DNA from: Chlorokybus atmophyticus
Taxonomy: Eukaryota; Plantae; Mesostigma and Chlorokybus algae
Assembly: GCA_009103225.1 (NCBI GenBank)
Contig: RHPI01003491.1
Coordinates: 301,385 to 339,316 of the forward strand
Length of the DNA stretch: 37,932 bases
Direction of reading: 5' to 3'
A program made the position numbers and the translations under genes. Below the pieces are notes generated by a model that was given only the letters and a program-made list of their open reading frames with translations, did no database searches and had not been told where the DNA came from. Positions 22,639 through 31,559 of this stretch are shown piece by piece (positions within the stretch are counted from its first letter, which is position 1; each line of letters opens with the position of its first letter).

Positions 22639-24180
22639 ATGTCATCGTCTGCGAGGTGGGCGTCGCTCTTTGTGTTTGTACCATTGTCGACACAGTGCGC
22701 ATGCTGCAAGCGTAGACTTGCCCTTTATTGTGCTACTTGAGCAAGTAGCTCAGACTCATCCACAGTTTCAAGGCCGTGATGGCTCAGCTAATGGGGCGTG
22801 CATTGTCGCTCGCAGGTTTGAGGGCAAGGTGTTTCTCGTGACTGGCGCCAGCAGCGGCATTGGCGCCATCACTGCGGAACACCTCGCCTCCCAGGGCGCC
22901 CACGTCTGGATCGCTGCCCGCCGCAAGGAACGCCTGGAAGCCCTCAGAGACAAAATCAACGCCGCTGGCAAAGGGCAAGGTGAGAGGAATGCATGAGCAG
23001 GCAAGAATTGTGCTTGTGTGACGTGCTGTCACTGTCATGTGCTGATTGAGTGCTTGGCGTTTTGCAGCAACGGTCGCTGTATTAGATGTCACAGACTGGG
23101 TGCAAGTTGAGAAGGTGGGTTGGAAATGCACAACACTAATAGTGGTTGAGACCATAGGTAGCAATATTGAACGCATCTGTCACTGCAGGTCAATGCAAGT
23201 CTGCATGTACCGTCATCGCCATGTACTTCACTCAGGTTGTGTCGGACATAGTGGATGCGCACGGCAAGCTGGATGGAGCCTTCAACAATGCAGGTGCAGT
23301 ATGCACTTCAGCCTGCTGAGACAAATGCTTTGAAGTTGTTCTGTATACTTGTCACACACGAATTGCGCATGCAAGGTAAGCAGCAGTTCTGAGCAAGTCA
23401 GGTCTGTTGACACTGTCATACACAGGGTACATTCCACCGGCTAGCCCACTTGCTGACATGGACTTGGATGAGCTGACAAAGACCTTCAACATCAATGCGC
23501 TAAGCCAGGCAGCCTGCATGAAGGTGAGAAGATAGGGTGGATGTAATGAACAGGCTTTGTGTGATGCCATCGCATCGGGGCAATGTATCACGCTCACTTA
23601 TGGATGATGATTGTAGGGTGATAACTACCCTTGTTGCACTTGCCAGGCAGAGCTGAAGCAGATGTTGGCGCAAGGGTATGGCTCAGTCGTCAACAACACC
23701 AGCATCTTTGGCTACAAGGTAATGACAGCAGGCTACACAGTCCATCAAGCCAGCAAGGCTGCCCTCATTAACTTTACCATTGGCGCGGCCATGGAGGTAT
23801 GCACAGTTTCACAATACACAACGTACAACTTGCAGGGGATGTTTACACTGTTCACACTTTACACGCACTGCATGATTCAGTCCAATTTGAACTCTGACCT
23901 ACAGGTGGCAGCTGCTGGCGTGCGCGTGAATGCCGTCGCTCCGGGTCCGACAGCTCCATCAGAGATGCTTGACAATACAATCGCACGCATGCAAGCCGCA
24001 AAGTCAGGGATTGATGCGGAAGGTGCATTTCGCAGCATGATTCCACTTGGGAAGATCGTTGACAGTGAGGATATTGCGTCGACAGTGGCGTTCCTCTTTG
24101 ATCAAAAAATGTCGAAGTCCATCACTGGGCAAATCATCAGCGTTGATGGTGGTGCTGGTGTCAACTTCTTTGGCATGTAA
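22639..24180 (+). CDS. SDR4: 269 aa, 7 exons, intact ORF but HxxxK in place of catalytic YxxxK
   Basis: Exons 22639-22655, 22816-22979, 23068-23114, 23236-23293, 23426-23523, 23647-23796, 23905-24180, with lengths identical to SDR1. TGASSGIG and NNAG are intact. The active site reads GYTVHQASK (CAT at 23743-23745). Confidence 0.92.
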
Positions 24181-26864
24181 ATTGCTTTTCTGGCTTTGCA
24201 TTATACTTGGCTATGTTGCCGTAGTCAGCCAAAACAGTTACGTCGATGATCTTGTCGTGTTGTTATGTGCTGTGCAATTGATGGCACGAGAAGTCGTTTT
24301 TGTGGTTTGCCAAAGTTGTTTGACTTTTGAAGGTGGGTTGTGCGCTGTAAATTGATGGGCGTGCGGCTGCGGCAGACACTGTAATGCAATGCAGTAGAAA
24401 CCAGTGCTTGCTGTGAGTTTATCTGCTGGGCATAGCCTGACCACCACATATGGCAAGGCGTTAGCGTGCACTCGGTGGCAATCATGTCATGCTGCACTTG
24501 ACATTTCTCGCGTTGTGCTACCAATCAAACCAACACCACTTGATGAGTGTCATCACACAGCACTGCCAAACATGTAGAATAGGAGACTGCCTGTGGGTGT
24601 TTGGAGTGTGCATTTCGCTAAGCATGGTGCATGGTGTACTCAGGGTGACTTCCACGAGCACATAGCCATGAGTTGTGGCAATACTGTTTGGGTTGTGCAG
24701 TATGGACGTAGCTGTGTTTGCCTGCTGTAAGTCTAAAGCTGCGCTGCGCATGACTACTCAAATTGTGCAGCATCCAGTTCAGATCACCATCCGGGCTCAA
24801 CAGGCTCCCCCTCAACAACAGACAGAACCGGAGCCGCGGGCCACGGCCTGTGGCCAGCTGCCAGCATACAGTGCGCTAGGTGCACCACTGATGGATGACA
24901 AGACAGTACCCACTCCCACCGCCTTTCTCACCCCAACCGCCGTCATAACAACTTCAGTGTCGCACACGACACAGCGATAGTACACAGTGCAGTGCTGACA
25001 GTCGCACTGCGCAGGGAGGGTGACGTGAGGGGGAGAGGCGGGGCAGAGGGGCCCTCAACGAGGATTACAAGATGCGGGACTGCATGGGGCCGGCGGTAGT
25101 GAGGGTGTCGCTGAAGGAGAACGGAAGAGTGGAAATGGGAGTCCGTCTGCTCAGCAGTGCTCATGCTGCTTGCTGCCGCGAACAAGTTGCTGATTAACTG
25201 GCTGCACGCGCGTGTAGGTGACGGACTTGAAATGCATGCATGCATGTCCAACGGGGTGGAGTAGTGGTAGTGATAGCATAGGTGCGTGACCCGGTGGTTG
25301 GATATGTAAAACCAAGGTGCGTGTGTGAGCATAGCGGTTGCGTTAGCACAACTCCCATAACTTTTGCCTGAGCATGCCTAACATGGGAGCAAGGACTGCT
25401 GGCGGCAAACTGCATGCGCGCAATAGCACCTTCGAGTTTACGTACACATCAGCAGTGCACACCGCAAGCAACGCAAGCAGTGCAGGCAGTCCAGCAGCCG
25501 TTTTGATTTCGAGGTCGCCAACTGGTAAGCATTGGTTACTACTTCACTAGGTTTGGTAAAATGCGATAAAGTTTGCGTGGTGGACCATCACATTGCAAGG
25601 ACCGTTTCATGAAACGGCATGCGAGTTTGCATGCTACGGCGGCAGTGCCACAGCTGAACAGCTGCGAAAGCTCTGGACGCAGGTCCGGGGGTGGGGGGGG
25701 GGCGGACCACAGCTGGTGCGGTGAGGGTTGATAGTTGAGCGCGGAAGCTAACCAGAGGAGGCGCTCACTTGGTTGTAGGTGTACAGCACTGTCAGTGCCC
25801 GAGAAGAGAGAGACAGTCGACAAGGACAGTCGACAATTTGATAAAGCTTGATGATGCCATTGACTGCGAGTCGCTGCCGGTAGGCATGTGTGACTGGAAT
25901 GGCCGTTCCATATTGTACAGTAGCACGTGTGACCACGCTGTCTGCTTAGTAATTGACTATTTGAGTCTTTTAACAACTGTGCCACTCAAGCACGATGTGC
26001 TGCATTTGTAGGTTATGCTAACGCCTGTCACGTGTGCATGACTGTAGGCTTGTGTGTTAACAACTGCGGTTACACTGTTCGTTAAACAGTGCAGTGCACT
26101 GCTTTGTTTGCAAATGTCCTATAAAGTGCAGAGCCAAATCAACACAATCAGTAATCTCTTGCATTGCGTGCATCTCGCATGGTTAAACCATGTGAAAAGT
26201 GGCACAGAGCGTACAATAAACTTGTTGTCAACTGCACACGAACACAAGCCTTGAATGGTAGGCGGTTGAGATATACACTCGAACGTCAGTACAGTACTAG
26301 TGGCGACAGGACACCAACTCTTCTCATACCCCCAGTTATGCTGTTGTGATGCAACCTAATTGCAACATATCTCTGCAACATGTGCAGAATGCTGGCAAAA
26401 GTGATACAACCTGCAAGTACTGTGCTGCACGTTGACAATTGCTCACGCGCATGCACAGTCAATATATATGGGGCTGTGCCAAGTTGTGACGTGAATGTTT
26501 ACAGTTTAGTGAGTGCACCAGTAATCTGACGTACAGCTCTGTGGTCGGCAAAAGCAGAACGGGCACACATACGTCATGACATCGCAGATTAACGTCAGCA
26601 GCGACATCGCACACGCGGCAGTACCATAAAACCATACTGTAGTCAACTTTTGTGCTCAAAGTGTTCGCATAAACTAGTCCTTCTACTAGTCAACTAATGG
26701 AAGTTCACCTGACGGTAACACCAATCCGAAAATGCCGGTGAGCAACACACAACACCTCATGCACACGTCTAGTCGCAGGTAGGGGGAAAGGGCCAACATA
26801 TCTGCAAACGATCCCCACTGGGTCAGTACAAGTCTCGCACCAGAGCAAACTTGACCACTACACA

Positions 26865-29836
26865 TCAAAGCACTCTCCCGACATAACCCTTCTTAAAGTT
26901 CTCTCCAGCTGCCTCAGGCCCAGGGACGGTTTTGAACAGGTACGCCCAGTTGTTGATGTTGGAATGCCAGTACGCACCAGTCCACTCAGCACTCACTGGC
27001 GCAGTGAGCATGCGCGTGAGCTTGCCAGACTCCGCGTTCCAGACCCAAGTGTAAGCATTGTCATGGGTGTCGGTATCCTCATCAATTACTGTACAAACAA
27101 GATGAACTCAGATGGTGTTGTAACAACATGTAAGACTGCAACTCCTCTCGGATGCATGCTGACCCAATTGGTTGTACTCGTCCATGAAGCTGACGTTGTT
27201 GGGGTTGATGCTGCTTACATTACAGCCGAGGACGCCGCCGGCGTTGTTCTCGTAGTACACAGAGAAGGGTGAATAGACGATGGGCTTGCCAACAATGACC
27301 GCGGTGAGGGTCTTGGCCACATAGTCGAAGTTGACCTTGCTGTTCTGAGCGACATAATATCATCGTCGGGACGGGTATGAAGGAGTATCCCTCATTGCTC
27401 AACCAATAATCAACTCACCCGTCTAAGGTTCAGCCTGTAAACAGCTCCGCGGAGGCGTTCCACTTCAGACGGATGTTATTGCTGATACCCGCGTCAAAGC
27501 GCGTGGAAGGCTTGCCCCTGTCCCATGCCTGAAGTGAAGACACATGCCATCAACCAAACAACTGCAAAGCAGATACTGAGAAGCAACAATTGCTTTCGAG
27601 TCAGTGCGAACTCTGGTGGACTTCAGTAACAGCGGTGTACAGGGCACGGAGGCAACGGCTGTGAGTCAGACCCTCCAGCTTGGTGAACTCAGTTGTGGCG
27701 CCGAGGTAGCTGGCGTAGCGGCGACTCTCAAGACGAGAAGCCAACACCTCCTGGCCAGCCTTGACCTTGAAGCAATCCAACCCTGTGGGAGTCACACAGC
27801 ATAGCCATTACAAGTTGTGGGCATGCACTGCATAGTGCACAGACAGGGTAGCATATGCAGGCGCACACGTGCACAAAAACCAGTGAGCAACAGTAGGCAA
27901 AGCCGTGTCTCCACGTGCATGCTCTCGCACGTTTTATGCGTGGACACATACACACACACGCGAGCATGCACACACTCTGCACAGTTGTGGAGGATGCTTA
28001 CCAAAGCCACCGTTGACAGACTTGAAGCCGGCAGGGCAGAAAGGTGCAGCGGAATTGGGAGTGGCTGTCTCCGAGAAGCGAGCTGGCTTCTTGGCTTCCA
28101 AATACTCCTGCGTGGCGTGGCCGAGGCTGATCCACGTCCCGGTAAAGTCACCACCATCAGCACGTCGGGAGAGAGCTGTTGTGCAGAGGTTGTGTAAATA
28201 TGTGGTGAGGCCATTCACCCATCTTTGATTTGACTGGAATGCTAACCTGCTTGAGCTTCAGCGCGTACAGCGTGCCAGCATCGAGCTTGCTGGCGATGTC
28301 AGCAACAAACATCAACATAAGACCATTCGTGTTGTCGTCTGTAACGTACACTGTCCTCTGCATCTGTGCGCCAAAGATGCTGTGAGTATGATAGCCGAAG
28401 AGTCGTCTGTTCAAACACTATTGCTGACATCTAATTGACACGTACTCCCTTTCCAGGCATGACGTAAGGCACCTCCGAGCTGATGCGGCCGAGAGCATAG
28501 TGCTTCTGGAAGGCGAACTTGCCACCTGAATCAAGATGCATGTTGTGTGAAATGCAACGTGAGTGTCTGTCCTCACATCCACACACGCACATACCTGGGC
28601 CGCTGGTCTCGTGGACAAAGTTGTAGCTGTAAGGGTTGAACACGACCTGAACTTGGCCAACAGTGAAAGGACGGTAGAGCCCGTAGTAGCGCACGAAGTC
28701 ACCATTGGAGCCGCCGAAAGACCTGTGATAACAAAGACAAGAGTCATGGAGTTATGCAGCAGTGAAACACACATCAAGTGAGAGACTCAGTTTGGCATAA
28801 GCACACACACACACGGGAAGTCAGCTGATACATCAATGGGCCATCCACAACTGTTTCAAAGAACCGTACATCAATGTTGCCCTCCTCGCTGGCAAGGTGT
28901 GTATGCCAAGGGGTCACCTGTTGCCAACATATCATTGTGGGTTGGTGACACAATATGCACTGAGTTGCAAACGCATGTTAGAGTACAGCAATCATCCGAT
29001 CCCGTGCATGAATCCCAAAGCCCGACCCATGCGGACATGTCAACAGACTCCGCCCACTTGACAGTCATGATCATAAAGCCCGCCCCATGCGGCATTCTGC
29101 TCCACCTCGATTCCATACATGACACTTGGCTGCACACAGAATTTGGCTCAAACCCCACCTTCGGGGCCTCGTAGTGGGTGACAGTGTGCAGCTTGCCCTC
29201 CACCTTCAGCAGCAAAGTGAAGTCCTGGTCGTTGCAGATCTGAGCACCAGTGCCATCCTGCACGACGAGTCGGTCAGCATCAGTGTTAGTTGATGTGTGG
29301 TTGCCTTGGCCAACACAAACACGCACATCAGCAGTTGCATACCGTGAGCTTGATGATGTGCCAGTGGCACCACGGCCAAGGCCGAACACCCCACGCGAGC
29401 CATCATCGGGCTCGCTGCTGTCCGGCTTGGGAAACGGCTCACCGGAACGGATGAGCACATGGCAGTCCGTCTGGCCACACACAACAATAAGAGGTGAGTC
29501 TCAAGGCCAATGCGCTTCTGACTCGCCACGCTTGTCGGTTTGCACAGCGACTTGGGTTGAATGCGGGTACAGCTTGTCGAAGGCGACGACGGGGTAAGAC
29601 AAGTACTCGAAGTCAGGGGCGCATTGGCCATTGTAAGGGCGTCGGGAGTATTCACAGTTGTTATTCGCTGAGGCTGTGGCGATGAGTGCTGCAGCACAGA
29701 GCGCCAACAGCACTGCCCTGCTGACAGTGTGACCGTCATACAGTGACTGGTTAGTGCTGGTTTAAGACTTTGCTGGCTGCAATGCAGCCCAGGAAGTCAC
29801 TATGCCCAAGATGCATGCTATACCCAACAGTCGCAT
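26865..29836 (-). pseudogene. phoX: PhoX-type (DUF839) alkaline phosphatase, multi-exon, disrupted
   Basis: Motifs in order: HVLIRSG..FG, NDQDFTLLLKVEGKLHTVTHYE, VDMSAWVGLWDSCTGS, VTPWHTHLASEE, FNPYSY, KHYALGRISSEVPYVMP, VYVTDDN, GTLYALK, WISLG, CPAGF, ASRLESRRYASYLGATTEFTKLEG, NNIRL, HDNAYTW..LTRMLTAPVSAE, GYVG. Lesions: frameshifts near 29060 and 27452, non-GT donor near 28995, PDN->PNN, IGED->IDED, QHP missing. The start exon (MRLL-G at 29836-29824) is inferred. Confidence 0.8.
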
Positions 29837-30135
29837 GCCTCGTATTGCAGCAGTGGACGTCACTAACCAACCAAGCTGCATACTGTGCACACAGTAGTTA
29901 TCGCAAGCATTGGTGTCAACGACGCATCTTGCAAAACTGAGGGGTGGGTGCGCGTGCGTGCGTGTGCGTGCCCATACCCAACCATGCATGGTGCGTGGTT
30001 GGGTATGCGCACGCACACACGCATACGGCCATGCGCGCACGCACGCACGCACGCACGCACGCGCACCCACCCACCCACCCAGCCCCTCACCTCATGTGCC
30101 ATCACGCTTGCCATCATGTCCGCCGCCCAGTCATT

Positions 30136-31559
30136 GCAGATAAAGGTATGCCGATAGTGGGAGAAGAGACACTTAGCAAAGTGGTATAAACAACAGCGAA
30201 AGATCGGTGTGCACCATCAACTGCACCTGCTTTATTGAAAAATAAGAGAGTGAGCATTGCGCTTGACTTTATTAAGGTTTTGTTCATCTCTATATTCTAA
30301 CACGATTACTGCCTAGTGTGTAGATGGAATTGTAACTCTCGGTATTGTACCAGATTAGAGAGAGATTAGAGGGAGAGATTACCCCCTAATCCATAGCTGA
30401 TTTATGAGGACAATTTATCGGATTGCGCCTGCAATTTACCGGTCAATGGTTACCCCCGCCCCCCGCCCCCCNNNNNNNNNNNNNNNNNNNNNNNNNNNNN
30501 NNNNNNNNNNNNNNNNNNNNNNNNNNNNNNNNNNNNNNNNNNNNNNNNNNNNNNNNNNNNNNNNNNNNNNNNNNNNNNNNNNNNNNNNNNNNNNNNNNNN
30601 NNNNNNNNNNNNNNNNNNNNNNNNNNNNNNNNNNNNNNNNNNNNNNNNNNNNNNNNNNNNNNNNNNNNNNNNNNNNNNNNNNNNNNNNNNNNNNNNNNNN
30701 NNNNNNNNNNNNNNNNNNNNNNNNNNNNNNNNNNNNNNNNNNNNNNNNNNNNNNNNNNNNNNNNNNNNNNNNNNNNNNNNNNNNNNNNNNNNNNNNNNNN
30801 NNNNNNNNNNNNNNNNNCCCCGCTCCATAGCAGGTATCGATTATAAATTGCGCCTTGCATCTATTAAAGCAGCAGGAAGCTACCAGCTACTGCAGAGCAG
30901 TATTGTTTTTACTTGTAGTTATGATGTTCTATATTTGAATGGCTGCAACAATTGAAAACCTTTTACGTTATCTCCCTGTAGGTGGTTTAAAACGAGCCAG
31001 AATTTTTAATTAGTTTGCGATTGGTGGTAATTTGCTGGTCTGCAGTGGTAGGGGGAGTGGTAATCTATCTCTCTATAATCTTTCGATTAGGACGGTGAAG
31101 AAAATTGCTGTCTGCAGGCAAACCAGCTTACTGGCTTATTTTATGGTTTGGCGATTCCACCCAATCCCGTCTTAGATTACCTGCATGCAATGTAGTGAAC
31201 GGAACTGGTATCTTCGGTTTAAAAAGATAAGGATGCGCATCTGTTTGACAGAGTCGAGCTACTCGCGCATGTAAAAGCTGGGCAATCTGACATGCTAGGT
31301 CCCTCTCTGCTGCATTGCAGTGCAGTGCAGCAGAGTCCCTATATTAGATTATGCCAACCAAGCTGCATTGCATTGCTGTGCAGTGCATCCCATTTATTTT
31401 GTTTTTGTTATTTTATTTTATTTTAATGCAGTGCATTCCATTCCATTCCATCTCCGGTCCATGTGATTTTTATTTATTGCATTACATGCAGCAGCACAGC
31501 TGAACAATTAATCCTACGACGAAACTCCCAGTGCAGCATGGTAGGCTTAGGAAAGTACG
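30136..31559. mobile_element. ~1.4-kb insertion in PHI-1 copy 2 exon 7 with probable 7-bp target-site duplication
   Basis: On the gene strand the flanks are CACGACT (31566-31560) and AATGACT (30135-30129), each one mismatch from the single AACGACT of the intact copy (14355-14361). No terminal inverted repeat or ORF is visible. It contains an N gap and (TGCAK)n/(TTCCA)n tracts. Confidence 0.65.
30472..30817. other. Assembly gap (346 N) flanked by C-rich runs
   Basis: Direct reading. Confidence 0.99.

Noticed and set aside
25602-25617. 16-bp palindrome as a Helitron 3' hairpin
   Set aside because: No CTRR terminus at the expected distance on either strand.
240-27858. P1BS (GNATATNC) phosphate-response sites, e.g. 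near 240, 2650, 15241, 18615, 27851
   Set aside because: Scattered, mostly GCATATGC in a TGCA-rich genome, and not seen in the PHI-1 or phoX proximal upstream regions.
29863-29935. LQDASLTPMLA as a relic of PHI-1 exon 8
   Set aside because: Only ~4/12 residues match LMEAHSDPRLNA, it is out of phase with the nearest acceptor, and DNA similarity is weak.
30404-30955. Long ORFs spanning the second N gap
   Set aside because: Artefact of 346 Ns.
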